Source: Tubulanus polymorphus
Lineage: Eukaryota > Animalia > Nemertea
Assembly: GCF_964204645.1 (NCBI RefSeq)
Contig: NC_134033.1
Span: forward strand, 15,446,655-15,510,654
Length of the DNA: 64,000 bases
Direction of reading: 5' to 3'
Shown piece by piece: positions 28,001-41,800 of the stretch. The translations under genes and the position numbers were made by a program. Every line of letters starts with the position of its first letter. The first letter of the stretch is position 1. The notes beneath the pieces were generated by a model. That model did not search any database. It had not been told where the DNA came from and saw only the letters and a list, made by a program, of their open reading frames with translations.

Positions 28001-29865
28001 TCAGAAACTGAAGTTCAAGGTCGATGAACTGGGCAGTATTTCCTGTAATCCCGTGGGTTATCTTTACACACACCCGTACATTAGAATGACGAACATTTCT
28101 GATGATCGCCCATCCTACCGACGACCGGTGTATTGCGGCAAACTGGACGAACCTGGCGCCTTACGCGACCTGCTGACCGACCGGGCACCGTCGTATGAGT
28201 GGTTTCTTCAGAAATTTGGTACTTATCGGCTGAAGATGCAGTTTGCGGTTACGGGTAAGTTATTGATAGTAGTTCAAGGGGCGGATCCAGGGCCCTATCT
28301 CGAGGGGTTTCCGAATTGTATAAAGGCACTCACTCGGGGCGCCAAGAATAAATTTTGCATTTCAATCTTCCTTCGAAAACATTTCAAGCACGCTTGATAT
28401 TCACACTTATTATGGTTTCCACTGGGAGGGCACTTTCTAATCAAGGCAAAAAAATGCACTTAACATCAACCTAGTGGTTTTCAGGGGCACTTACTACGCC
28501 AAATCACGCCAAACGAGGGCACATTTTATTCTTCTGATATTGTGATTGCCGCGCAGCTGTATTTCAAAAAGGTCTAGGGGTCTTTCCCCAAATTCTTTTT
28601 GATTTTCCCAAGCTCTGAGATTGATTCTGTATGAATCTGGCTATGAAAATCATGATATTCATTACAAGAGGAAAGAACATGAAAAAAAAAAATTTTAAGT
28701 TCAGCAAAAAAGTGGGACGGCTGTGGCCACCCCTACCGCCCCCGTTCCGACGGCCCTGCGCTCTTCAATGGCCACTATTGCGGACGGCCTGGGGCCTTTG
28801 ACCACAGTAAAGATGTCAGATGAGTTGTGCTGGTGCTAGCTGAATGGTGATGGTGCTCGCTGAATGGGAAATACTGCGTGGTTTCGGTTGACCGAGCGTC
28901 CGCTCTCGCCCGCAATTAGTGGACATATTGAAGACTATATCATTTCTTTTTTTCTATCGTTAAAAGGTTCAGCACCAGCGTTACATTCGAACTGTAAAAA
29001 AGACCCGGTTACCATATTTGTTGAAGATGTTTACACGTTGATAATGCCTCGAGAGATAATAAAAGCAAAAGCAAAAGGCCTGGCTATCTTCGTGTGTCGA
29101 TGGATCATTAGACCTAAGAACCCAACAAAGGTATCGTGTACAATAGATTTTGTATTTCCGAACATCACGGAATTTTTGTTGAGTTTTTGACGCGGAAAAA
29201 ACCATTGAAATTATGTTTATTTACATTGAAAACTGCTGTGCGCTGTTTAATGGCTTCTGTTCGAGTAGATGCGCACTACGTAATCGATATTGACGTTTCA
29301 AAATAACAATTATTACATCGCGAATTGGGGCATCTATTTTCTAACGAAACAAAATATTCCATGACTATTCTTTTCTATATGATAAATTTTCACGTCTTTT
29401 TGATACTCAGTTTTTGAGAGGATGTGCACTACGTCATCAATATCGGGCCAAAACTGCATGGTTCGCCGGGGATATGTCTGAAATCTGAAATTAGTTTGCT
29501 TGATCTAACTTCACTTTATGCGGGTATGCTTGATTTACCGAAATACTTGAATGTAGCCTACACGCTCGTCTACTTTACAGAAATTGAATTATGTGATCGA
29601 AACGCTCGATGTTGCGTATATAGAAAGGAATATTTCTCCGACTAATTCGAAGAACTATGAATACGTGAGCATCTTCCCGGATTACTTCAGCGCCAGGAAA
29701 CCGAAGATTACCGGCTCCATGAACGGTAAGATGCAAGTCATCGACGGTTCAGACGCTGATCTTCGGTCCGCGACTCCCGCTGAACAATGGACTGTCGTTT
29801 ATTATTACCGGGGTCACGTTGGTGAACTCGAGGGATTGAAAGTCAAATTCACTACAAGCGATTGA
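25038..29865 (+). CDS. Secreted protein, 417 aa: signal peptide plus three divergent CUB-like modules, 7 exons
   Basis: Exons 25038-25080, 26181-26326, 26772-27021, 27592-27707, 28005-28254, 28967-29130, 29581-29865; GT-AG, 1254 nt, open. N-terminus MANCRIALLSLIILGFS. Module 1 has C...TCRWVIRP...CDNDYVKI...C...FTVEFRT, which is the CUB pattern. Module 3 has CRWIIRPKNP...YEYVSI. Each module is two exons in phase 1-0-1. AATAAA at 30119-30124. Confidence 0.8.
25178..25224 (-). ncRNA. Mirror copy of the hammerhead-like motif
   Basis: Exact reverse complement of 25427-25473. Confidence 0.6.
25427..25473 (+). ncRNA. Minimal type I hammerhead ribozyme-like motif
   Basis: ttattc-CTGAAGA-t-gactat(taggat)atagtc-GAAA-cg-TT-gaaataa. 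Core boxes present, 6-bp stem II, palindromic ACGU in place of stem III, stem I with one bulge; predicted cut after 25466. Confidence 0.6.
25621..25694. mobile_element. Short degenerate pogo/Tc1-like MITE
   Basis: cagtcgggaacctcg ... tgaggttccactg|ta; related to 52864-53031. Confidence 0.55.
25797..26137. mobile_element. Second full copy (opposite orientation) of the 9-bp-TSD MITE, in CUB gene intron 1
   Basis: Near-identical reverse complement of 22323-22660, with its own TSD acttacgca at 25788-25796 and 26138-26146. A diverged truncated third copy lies at about 45368-45616. Confidence 0.9.
27785..27950. mobile_element. MITE-like inverted repeat in CUB gene intron 4
   Basis: tattgtaacagtcaacctcctgtcagaaaa ... 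ttttccgactggaggttgactgttacaata. Confidence 0.7.
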
Positions 29866-31159
29866 TCGAATTTCGGAAAACATCGCGACTGAAAGTTTCA
29901 CGAATATTATCTAGCTATTTCAGTAGTTCGCGCGTGACGTCACAGCGCGTCATATTGGCCTGAAGGCCAAACTTAAAAAGTAAACTGTCCTCGTTACATT
30001 CAATCACGGCCAATTTGACGCGTTGAGAGGTATTGGGACTGTCACTTTTTAACTTGTAGCAAGTCATATGCAGGGATTGCACTTCCCTAAGTTAAGTGAC
30101 TCTAGTTCTTGTAGAGAGAATAAACTTTATCTTGTCATCTTAATTCGTTGTTCATTGTAATTTGATTCTATTATCTTCGTCGCGGCTTCTGATTCATTCT
30201 GTAGAACCACGACACGATACCTACCACGTGACTTCCGGGTACTCAGTTTGAGGAACATTCACCCAGTCCTGGCAGTGGCTGTATCCACAGTGAGCTATAC
30301 GATCCTAGTGTTATACCCACCTGTGGTACATCAGACACTAAGGATCTTGGTGAAAAGGAACATCGACACAGAACCTGTAACCTAGGGGCCGGTTGCATAG
30401 TCATGGCTTAGATTTAAGACCAGTCTAAGACCAACTTAGTTCTATGGCCAATCTAACAAATAAATTAAGGCCAGTCTAAGACCAGCTTAGATCTATATGG
30501 CCATTCTAACAACTTAAGATCAGTCTTAAGATTTAAGACCACTTTTTGACTTAAGTCACGACTGTGCAACTGGCCCCAGGGGTCAGTTCCAGGACAGCCA
30601 GGGCTTCTATTGGATTTTAAGACCCAGAACCATCTTTTTTTCTATAGCTAATCTAACGAGTCGAGACAGTCTAAGTTCATCATCGTTCTTTAGCCAATTT
30701 ACGTAACAACCGAGGTTACCCACGATGATAAGAAAATGAGCATTTTGTGAGGTTTCGACACAATTTTGTGGGCCATTTTCAAAAACTGATCAACTTCAAA
30801 CAAAAACCAATTTTGGAACAATCTAACAGTACCGCGTCGTAAGACCAGTACAAGACCGTTTTAGTTCTAACTTAACAGCATTTAAGACTCCAGTCTAAGC
30901 TCATTTAAGTTCCACACGACTAACAACGTAAGACCGACTATGCCAGTGGTGCCTCGATCTTACCACATGACATCAAAATACAAATCTTGCCTCCGACAAT
31001 TTCATAATTTGACCTCTACGGCCGTATGACTGTGTGGTTGACTTTTAAGAAAATTGAACCGGAAACGAAAGATGCGGCGCGTTACTTGGTTCTAAGATAT
31101 GATATGAACCATGCAACAACTCTTTCCGTGGAATTGTATGATGACTCCCATCTTACTTT

Positions 31160-31195
31160 CTGTCTCTCTTCTGTCTGTCTGTCTGTCTGTCTGTC

Positions 31196-31226
<31 letters not shown>

Positions 31227-31297
31227 TTTGTCTCTGTCTGTCTCTCTTCTGTCTCTGTCTGTCTGTCTCTCTTCTGTCTCTGTCTGTCGGTCTGTCA
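31160..31297. repeat. (CTGT)n/(CT)n microsatellite
   Basis: Direct inspection. Confidence 0.95.
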
Positions 31298-32154
31298 GCT
31301 ACTTTAGCCTCGTTAATGGAAGGTCAATCCTGATGAAACATTGGCAGTATGTTAGTTTGGGGGTCTAGTTAGGCAGTGCAGAATGGACCGAGTGCACCAC
31401 CTGGCGGCAGAAATAGACACTAAAAACTTGACATGACCTCACTTTGAGGAACGGGATCGAAAGTTCCCACGTTTTTCCAGACATTACTTAGCCATTGACT
31501 AGATACAACATATCCAATGCAACGGGAATTAACGCGTGAGTTGCCCCGTGCATAGCAGTGACGACAAATTCGAGCCTTCGACCCCGAGAGCTGTTGTCGC
31601 CAATGTCTCGTATTTGCTTTGAGTTGGTGTCAAAACCAAAAGAAAAAAAAAACTAATAAGAAAAGAGAAATTCTTATTCAATCTCATTACAATTACATTT
31701 ATTTTTTCGTCATATTTTCCCCCAATATATAATATCAGTTTATCGTCTATAGCGTCGTGTTTAATGAGAAGAGAAAGGTTTTTTCAAGTGACGTCATAAC
31801 ATTTTTAAATGTGCATCATACACAATAACAATTCAACAAACACAAACAAACATATTATATACATATACACACGGCGTGTGCGCGCACACCGCACCAATTA
31901 CAGTGCACACCGCGTCCAAACTACAGCGCACACCGCACTAAACTACAGCATATAGAGGAATTGCATCCATGTGGTTTTTTCAAGCAGTCAAAAACTATAA
32001 GTGAATTACAATACATTTCTGAATCCCGAACCCGAAAAGCTTTTTATGTTTTGACAAGTCAAACGAATGATGATACATCACATGCAATCCCTCTATACAC
32101 GCTGTAACATACAGTGTACATAGGTATATGGTGTCCCACACACCTTTCATATAT

Positions 32155-33245
32155 GCACGATGATATACAGTGTGCCATACACTGTGATATACAGTGTGCC
32201 ACACACCTTGATGTACACTATGATATACAGTGTGCCATACACTGTGATATACAGTGTGCTGTACACTATGATATACAGTGTGCTGTACGCTGTGATATAC
32301 AGTGTGCTGTACACTGTGATATACAGTGTGCCATACACTGTGATATACAGTGTGCCACAAACCTTGATGTACACTATGATATACAGTGTGCCATACACTG
32401 TGATATACAGTGTGCTGTACACTATGATATACAGTGTGATGTACGCTGTGATATACAGTGTGCTGTACACTGTGATATACAGTGTGCTGTACACTATGAT
32501 ATACAGTGTGCTGTACACTGTGATATACAGTGTGCCGTACACTATGATATACAGTGTGCTGTACACTATGATATACAGTGTGTCGTACACTATGATATAC
32601 AGTGTGCTGTACACTGTGATATACAGTGTGCTGTACACTATTACATACAGTGCACCGTAGACTATGATATACAGTGTGCTGTACACTGTGATATACAGTG
32701 TGCTGTACACTATGATATACAGTGTGCTGTACACTATGATATACAGTGTGCCGTACACTATGATATACAGTGTACTGTACACTGTGATATACAGTGTGCC
32801 GTACACTATGATATACAGTGTGCTGTACACTATGATATACAGTGTGCTGTACACTGTGATATACAGTGTGCTGTACACTATGATATACAGTGTGCTGTAC
32901 ACTATGATATACAGTGTGCCGTACACTGTGATATACAGTGTGCCACACACCTTGATGTACACTATGATATACAGTGTGCCATACACTGTGATATACAGTG
33001 CGCTGTACACTGTGATATACAGTGTGCTGTACACTATTACATACAGTGCGCCGTACACTGTGATATACAGTGCGCCGTACACTGTGGTATATACACTTAT
33101 ATACAGTGCACGATACATTGTGGTATATACACTGTGATAAAAACACTGCAATAATACAGTGCACCATCGCCTACAGTGTGATATACAGTGTACCACACAT
33201 TGTGGTATATACACTATGATATACAGTGTGCTGTACACTGCGATA
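32155..33245. repeat. 24-bp minisatellite, about 45 copies
   Basis: Unit tgatatacagtgtgctgtacact(a/g); source of the HTVYHSVQ / VHYDIQCA / MIYSVLYT repeat ORFs. Confidence 0.97.
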
Positions 33246-36200
33246 TGCCGTGTGCCGTATAGTGGAACAATCAATGGTATCACTTGTAACATGTCGCAGA
33301 AAGGATACACGATTTCTATTGCAAATGAAACTAGCTACAATGTATTACGTTACATTATAATATACAATGCGTTCCTAACAATTCTAATAACCCGACTATC
33401 GTATAAAAAAGAAACTACAATGTATAGTTTTTAGGCCACCGCCAAAATAGACACTACCTTGTTGCAAATACAATACAAATTGTGCATCTCTTTCACATAC
33501 AATGTATGTCACCTTTACATATATAGTGTATGTCTCAATTCAATATAATGTATGTCTGATTAGCATTCATTGCGTAATTTCTATTAGCTATTACAATGTA
33601 TCAATGATATCAATATTTTTTACATATTGCCTATAGTTATAATTTCAATTCAAACTAGAAACGGATTTTTGATGACACAAAACTTTTCCTCGATAAATTA
33701 TCGTATGTACATTTACCTAAGAAGGAACTTTATTCCGTCAAATCCATCCCCCACCCCCTGATCCCTCATCAACACAAGACCCACTTCTGGCAGTGATCGC
33801 GAGTTTCATCTCAACAAGGAAAAATGATTGAAAAACGAACTGATATTTGACTGGTGTATATTATCTAACTCACGACTTATGAAGTTGGAACTGATTAAAA
33901 GAATTACTGAAAATAAGATAAACTGAAATGACTTGGAACAAAAAACGTATTATGTACAGTAAATACAGTAGTGTTTGAATGACAAGAGCCAATGACTCAC
34001 ATTTCGTACATCACAGAGTCGTACATCTATATGAAACATATACATATACATATATAAGCCCTAGAGGTCACTGATAGAAATAGGGTCCAGTTTTTTATAA
34101 TGACCTTCGGTGACTTAAAATGATTTGGTAAAATTGTGGTCAGTTGCTTATGATGACCTTTTCATTCTCAATGACTCCAATGATTCAGTTAATTTTTTGA
34201 TTATCAGACTTTCTCATTCTAAATGACTTCACTGATTCAGTAAAATTATGATTAAACTAGACCTTTTCATTATAAACGACTTCAATGATCCACTAACATC
34301 ATTATGATGATAGCTACTGCAAAGTTGACATTTTCATTCTGGATGACTTCAACGATTCAGCAAAATTATAATTACTAGACCTTCTCATTCTCAATGACTC
34401 TAACAATTCAGTAAAGTTATGATTAGTGAGCACATAATGAATTACGCTGACAATTGATTGATCTATGTATTATTAAAAAAAATCCATTCACCCTGAAATA
34501 TTTACATGATGGACACCAGCACTGAAAAACATCTTTTTTTTTGACGCCACTCGCAAAATTCGATAAAACAAATTCACAAATAAATAAAAACTAAATCAAT
34601 ATTGCACTGATAAATAATTAAGTAATAATAATAGCAATTATTAATATCTGTTCTATTAGTTATATCTTATACAAAAGACGATTTGTTCTTGATGTTTATT
34701 TATCGCAAGCGAGTTCGCAAGCGAGTTCGAATAATTTTGATTGAGCGCGTAGCGTCGCGCGTAGCGTCTCACAACGCGTCCTCCCTCGCAAAGGTTTCTA
34801 TGATTTAATCACGACTTTGTACACATACAAAAAAACATTTATTCTTACAGATCAAAAACGCTAAAGAAAGCCACAATATTTTTTAATATCCAAACGTTGA
34901 TATTTCACATGTATTTAAGTTTATGGCACTGAATCAAATAAGAAATAACTATTAATAGCATTAACCCTTTCCTTTTCGATCCCTACATATATGACCAGAT
35001 TTAGGGTAGGGTTGATGTTTAAGCCCATTATGGGAAGCGCGTAAGCCAAAAGACTCATCAAAATTCGGCTAAGTGACTTCCGCGACCAGTTCCACAGTCA
35101 TAGCTTAGACTTAAGACTAGTCTAAGATCATCTTACTTCTATAGTCGATCTAAAAACTTATGGAAACAACCCCTGGACCCAGATCCATAGTTCATCGACA
35201 AATTCCACTAGATTTGAATCTGCGTTGATTTTCCATCAGTCAAATTTGAGTCGAGAAGCGTGGCACCTGACCCAGAAAAATCGTGATACCCGGCACGGCA
35301 TAAGGTACCCGGTATGTCGAAATCGCTTCACATTGCCACAAATTTTAAAAAGCGAAACATACAAAAGCAATAGTGAAATAAACACAGAAATTACAACGGA
35401 CACTGAAGGAACGAAATACAATAATTCAAACACAAAATCACTATTCAGACGAACACTTATATTAATGACTAGTAGTGAATAATACATTGAGTACAAGTTA
35501 CAAATCTGACAAAATAATCCGCGTCATCGGACGACGCTTTATTCGGATCGAGGGACCGCTGAAATTAATCCAGACTAAGGCAGGTTTGGATTGAACGTAT
35601 TCTGGATTACGAACTCTTTACTTTCTTGTATTCTGGTCGAAACGAACGCGCCAGAAGAGAATTCTAGGAATCAGTAATAAATCAAGCCACCACAACCTGC
35701 CAAACTCTCTATCGGCCGCTTCTATTAGGTTTACCGATTACACTATTCCGGAATAGGATGGGCGTATTCTGGTCGAAACGAACGCGCCAGGAGAGAATTC
35801 CAGCATAGGTAAAGACAAATCAAAGCCTACCAAACTCTCTACCGGCCGCTTCTATCAGGATTACAGATTACAAACTCTCTATCGGCCGCTTCTATCAAGA
35901 TTACAGATTACAAACTCTCTACCGGCCGCTTCTATCAGGTTTACAGATTATACTATTCCAGAATAGGTTGAGCTTATTCTGGTTGTAACGAATGCGCTGC
36001 AAAGAGAATCCTGGCACCGGTAGAGACCAATCAAAACCCGCCTTAAACACCTACACATATTTACCACGGGTGGATCGTAAACTGGATTACGCGTCCGTCT
36101 ACTTGTACATAAAATTAATAACAGACTCGTCTTCGACAAGAATTTCTCATAATATTCAACACACTGATTAACCACTAGCAATGCTTACATACGGTACAAG

Positions 36201-36897
36201 CAGCTGATAAACACTTTTCAGCGCAACGCATTAAATCGAATTCGAATCTAAAAAAATGTCCCTTATCGGCTCAACATTCATATATATTATGTACATAAAT
36301 TCAGTCAAGCGCATTTCCGATTGCAAATTCGCAATACATTTACTGGACAAAGAGAGAAAGAGAGAGAGAAAGAGGTGGAGGGTATTTTTTGTGGAGAGGA
36401 CACAAACTGTTTCATTTAAATACACGCCATCTATGTACATCAGCACAGACACTTTCTTTCAAACGACCCTGAGTTATAATATATTCACACATACATCCAA
36501 CTCCATAAAGCTCCTTACATCATTTAAATGCACACGATAACTTGTATTTCCTAATTCAGCTCCACGCGGGCGACGGCAAGCCGGGCATTTAGTGGTTGGT
36601 TGAGTAACTATATAGCTGCATAGTCGATCACACCGAGATCATTTGGCCCGGGTCAAATTCCGCGCCGACCGAATCATCTCCGCGCGATCGCGGCTTTGCT
36701 TTTCGCATACGACGACGCACGCAATTCGAAATAACCGTTACGACGAAACACGTTTTCGCACGTTTCAAAATACGTAATCGCCGAAATCGAGATGGCTCTT
36801 TTTCGCACAAAAAAAAAAACCAAACATCTCGAACTTCTAGAGATCCACGGCGCAATGATGATGATGAAATATAAACCATTGTTACGCGAGTTTCAAG

Positions 36898-36900
<3 letters not shown>

Positions 36901-36948
<48 letters not shown>

Positions 36949-36949
36949 C

Positions 36950-36997
<48 letters not shown>

Positions 36998-37003
36998 GGT
37001 ATA
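36901..37003. repeat. (AT)n microsatellite, two blocks each ending in accggta
   Basis: Direct inspection. Confidence 0.95.
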
Positions 37004-37225
37004 TGTAGATGTTGAAGTCAGTTGTATTCGAATTTCAAATCACTAACCGCTCGCGCAGTAACTGATAATTATCTCTTCTCTACGCACGCATACAGGGGAG
37101 ATGATGATACGCCACAACACGGAAAACTCTTCTTAAAAAACACGCAATATGGAAATAACATTTCTAAAAGCTCAGTCATCATTTAAGCGTTGATTTCAAA
37201 AGTTCAGTTCGACACTTTGCGGGTT

Positions 37226-37495
37226 AGATTTGACTCTGGATCCAGTTCCACAGTTGTGTGGGTTTAATTTGACTATGGATCCAGTTCCACAGTTGTGTGG
37301 GTTTAATTTGACTCTGGATCCAGTTCCACAGTTGTGTGGGTTTAATTTGACTATGGATCCAGTTCCACAGTTGTGTGGGTTTAATTTGACTCTGGATCCA
37401 GTTCCACAGTTGTGTGGGTTTAATTTGACTCTAGCTCCAGTTTCACAGTTGTGTGGGTTTAATAATTGACTCGCAACCCAGTTCCACAGTTGCTT
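37226..37495. repeat. 39-bp minisatellite, about 7 copies, same unit as 9296-9608
   Basis: tttgactctggatccagttccacagttgtgtgggtttaa repeated. Confidence 0.93.
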
Positions 37496-38476
37496 GGCAT
37501 AAATTTGGGGTCTGTACAAGAGTTAAAATGTCATTTAAAAATTTTGGCACATTGAACAAACTACAGAAGTTGAGATACACGTAGAGAATAACAATACATC
37601 GGAAACCTAACAGAGAGCTTTCGACCCAAAAAGAGTAAAAATTAAATTTATCTCGAAATCTCCTTGAAAATGGTTTTTAGTGTAAAACCGAAAATTTGGG
37701 TTTTTAATAAATTCTAAACCGTTTCGATTTTTTTAAAAACTTTTTCGATTTCGTGATTTTGGGGTTTACATTCCAGATAATCACTTATACTGATAATCAA
37801 ATACTGCGACCCAGTCCATAGTGGTGAGTTAACCAGTCCATTATAGCGGTCAGTTAACCAGTCCATCATGGTGAGTTCAGATTTGACTCAAGAGTAATCT
37901 CACTGAAAATGGACTAATTCAAGCACCGGGTTGACTCTTGAACTCAAAACTGTGGAACTGGACCCTGAAGTTCGTTCTAACAAGATTCCACTGGAAATAT
38001 ATTCAGATTTTGACATTTTCATGGATGAACTAAAACTTATGCGGATTTAACCACACTAACAAAAGCGCCTGCAACCTGTTCAATACCCAAAACTAAGTCC
38101 GCAGCCAATACAGAGTCCCGAGCCACTGTTTCCGCATACTCCTTACAAATAGTAAGATTATACGCAGTCAGAGCCTGTTAGTATTTAAAGGATTGTTTAA
38201 CACATTGAGCACCGGCTACGAATTAACACTTACATCTGGTTCTGTCACTGGTGCCAGCTATGAATATATTCGTAGAATCACACGGTTCCTGATTGGCTGG
38301 CAATATGAACAGCCTGCTTCATACTCTATTCTCATTGGTCAATTTCGAGCTAAGGCTGACTTATGTCACAGCTCCAGCGCCGACCTACGAGTGTATTCAC
38401 GTGGCACCAGGAGGCGCCACCATATCATCGAGCTGGCACTCAACGCGTTAACACACACACACCAAAAAAACACCAG

Positions 38477-38584
38477 GATCCAGTTCCACAGTTGTGAGTT
38501 AGAGTTAACTCTGAGTTAAAGTTAGTTCATTTTCAGTGATTAAACCCAGAGTCGAATCTTAACTCGGAACTGTAGAACTGGATC
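38477..38584. mobile_element. PIF/Harbinger-like MITE, family C
   Basis: aaaacacCAG|gatccagttccacagttgtgagttagagttaactc ... gaactggatc|CAG. Other copies at about 5505-5618, 9875-9988, 37808-37965, 47380-47492. Confidence 0.75.
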
Positions 38585-38823
38585 CAGGGCAGCAGTTGCT
38601 CAGAGTCAACGTAGTGATAATTACAAGTTCATCGATACTACGGCATCAATCCGCCGATTATCTTAAACCAACTATTGAGCAACTGACAAACACCAAATGA
38701 ATACAATTATAATCATTATAATCAATATCGACGAGTTTAAATATTAAATATTGCCAACACGCACGGACAGACACACGGAATTAAAAGAACGCACAATAAT
38801 TTATTAACTTATTTTCCGATCGA

Positions 38824-41800
38824 CTACTGACAGAACGTATTCGCGTTATTGTTACTAACGTTATTCGACTGATTATTAATATCATTTCGATGATTGTTAT
38901 TACTATTATTACTGAACGGAGAGGGCGTCGGCGGCTGTACGACCGCGCCGGCCGCACTGACGACGGCCGCCGCCGCGTGCATTTTAACGTGATTCGCCAA
39001 CGCGACGCGCTGTCGGAAACTCTTATCGCAATGCGAGCAGACGTACGGTCGTTCGCCGGTGTGAATACGCGTGTGCATCGTGAGGTAGTTCCGGTGCGCG
39101 AAACGCTTCAAGCAGACGGCGCATTGAAACGGTTTTTCGCCGGTGTGAATGCGTACGTGGTGTTTCAACGTGCCCTGCTGCGTGAAGTTCTTACCGCAGT
39201 AGTCGCAGTGATACGGTTTCTCGCCGGTGTGAATGCGAGTGTGCACGGTCAGGTAGTTCCGATGCGAGAAGCGTTTCTCGCAGTATTCGCAACGGAACGG
39301 TTTCTCGCCGGTGTGAATACGCAGGTGTCCGGTCAGCGTGCTCTGCTGCGTGAAACTCTTCAGACACACGTAGCACTTGTACGGTTTCTCGCGCGGCGGC
39401 GCCGCCGGCGCTTGTTGCGACGACGCCATCGCGCCCGGTAACAACGTATTGTTCAACGCGACCGATCGTCCGCTCATGCGGTTCAGAACGTCGTAGTAAT
39501 TCTGCGGCGAGCCGAGCGGAGGAAAGTCCTCCGGTTCCGGTTTCACGTCGAGGCTGTTATTCAGCAGCCAACTGGCGCATTTTTCGTGCGATTCGATCTT
39601 TTCGAGGTTCAAACCGCTGTTCAGTAGACCGTTCGCGGTCAGTCCGTTCTGCGTCGGTTTCGCAGCAGCCTTCGTCGATTCGGTGGCGAATTTCACATTT
39701 CGCGTCGTCAACGGCAGATTATTACCGTACAGCGGCGCCACCACACTCGATTGATTCTGCGCCGCGAACCCGTTCAAGTGATTGCTGTTGTTCGTTAGAA
39801 ACGTATTCGGATAAACGCCCGCGGCGCTCGATTGAACACCGGCGTAGTTTTTATTATTGGCCGCGTTCAATGGAAAACACGGAAGGTTCAAACTATGCCC
39901 GTTATTGTCCGTGTTGCTGCCGTTCAATTTCAGCAAACTCTCCATATCTCCGGTGAGGTTACCGGTCGCGGCAGTACCCGTCTGGTTACCATGACTACCA
40001 GTAAATGAACGTTCCGGATTGGGACTGGAGCCGTCCCCGTCGTTGGTGAGATCAACAGTCGTGACTCCGCGACTTCCGCCGTTCACGTACGGACTGTAGC
40101 CGAACGGCGAATTTGAGACAAATGTTCCTCCTAGAACAAACGACGAAAAAACAAACTTTAAACTCGAGTCACTTCGAAAATTGTCGATAAAATCTAGATA
40201 GAAATTTTCACCAATCAAAATTTATGATCCAGTTCCATCGTTATCAACATCGAAAATGGAACAATTTTAACCCAACATAATCGAGATACTGATTAGATAG
40301 CTTCGGAACTGGATCCAGAAAATGTTCTCCAAATTACAAAATGGGCTTTAAGAAAATCAGAATGGTTTAGTATTAGTGACAACGTTTATTAGTATAGACG
40401 GTGCTTAAAGACTCACAATATCGAAGATCTAACCATGAAAATCTGTTTAACTAACGTCAAGTGCGATCTAAGGAGTAAAAGCCATATCTGAAATTTTGCT
40501 TGCCCTAAAAAATCACTTTGCCCTGTACACACAAGCAGTCCAATTGGTGGCACAATCATCCATTGTCTTGAGTGGGAAAAAAGCTAGCCCTTGGGACGAG
40601 CGAAAATGATAAGCTACTTGCCCTAATGAAAATTAAAGTTGCGTTCGCACTAGGATTTCAGTACGGTACTAAGCGCTCACACTTGGAAATTATTCGAGGC
40701 CCATTCGCGGCTTACTTCATAAGCACCGAATCTAGTGTGAACGCGGCTATACTCGTCCCAGGCAATCGGACAAGTAATTAGATCGGACCCTGTCGTGTCA
40801 GACGTTCTAGGTAGAACGCTTCTATCCATCTTCAGGTATCAATCTGCAGCCTGGTTCCGCTAGTATTTGACATCCTAGACTGATACTAATGCTCATCTTC
40901 AGAAATTCATTTGAAATGAATTCATTCCGAATCAATTTCTGAAGACAAAGACAGTTGATGATACGATGAGAAATAAATAGAATTTCTGGATGAAAGCATT
41001 CCACCCAAAATGTCCAGTTTAACAGATTTCGGTCTCGAATCATGATCATTGTGGATCTTTCATTTATATACTACTAAACTGCGACTATAATTTGTTTTCC
41101 GATGATTCGACATTCAATTTTGCGGGAATCTTCTTATCTTTTCTCAGTCGGCTCTATCTAACCGAGGGGTCCACCGACTACAAGCCGATACTTAAAAGAG
41201 AGTTGAATATTTCTAAATACCTCTGGTATATGGACTAGATGTAGAGGTGAATAAACCCGGGAATATCATTCCATTTTGTAGATGTCTTGCCGGGTAACCT
41301 ACAATTTTAAATCAATGCTATGTGAAAGTTATTTCTGCTAGCCTTCGTCGGGGAGCCTAAAAAATCTTAATCCAGTTCAAATTTCAACGAAAACGCACTC
41401 GTATTTTCGTTACACAAGGGCATCGCTGCGCCATCTGGTATGTGCCACCGGTACCTCGTCAAAACTTAATTAGTGATTAGTAATTAAAACATACATTAGT
41501 AAAACCGCAGCCTCCGCTTCCAGAAGTCAGATTGATGAACTCTGCAATCAAAATATATATCGGTGAAAAAGGCATCGAAATATTTCGACCGACAGAAGTT
41601 TTCATTTTTCAGAGATTTTTACACTTCCGCGTAATTTTAAAAGTCGAAATCCTTTCTTTTTTTAAACTATTTTTCGCATCAATCTGATCTCCGGAAGAAC
41701 CTGACCGACCGTTCCTCCCCCCCCCCCCCCGGCAGGTGCCGACGAGGGTTCACTGACCTATAGACCCCGGAAGAACCCGACCGACCGTTCCTCCCCCCCC

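Noticed and set aside
31995-33310. ORFs of 157-390 aa with His/Cys/Tyr-rich repeats, superficially metal-binding
   Set aside because: A 24-bp unit open in most frames on both strands; no splice or signal context.
38890-39441. 183-aa plus-strand ORF
   Set aside because: Antisense shadow of the GC-rich zinc-finger exon.
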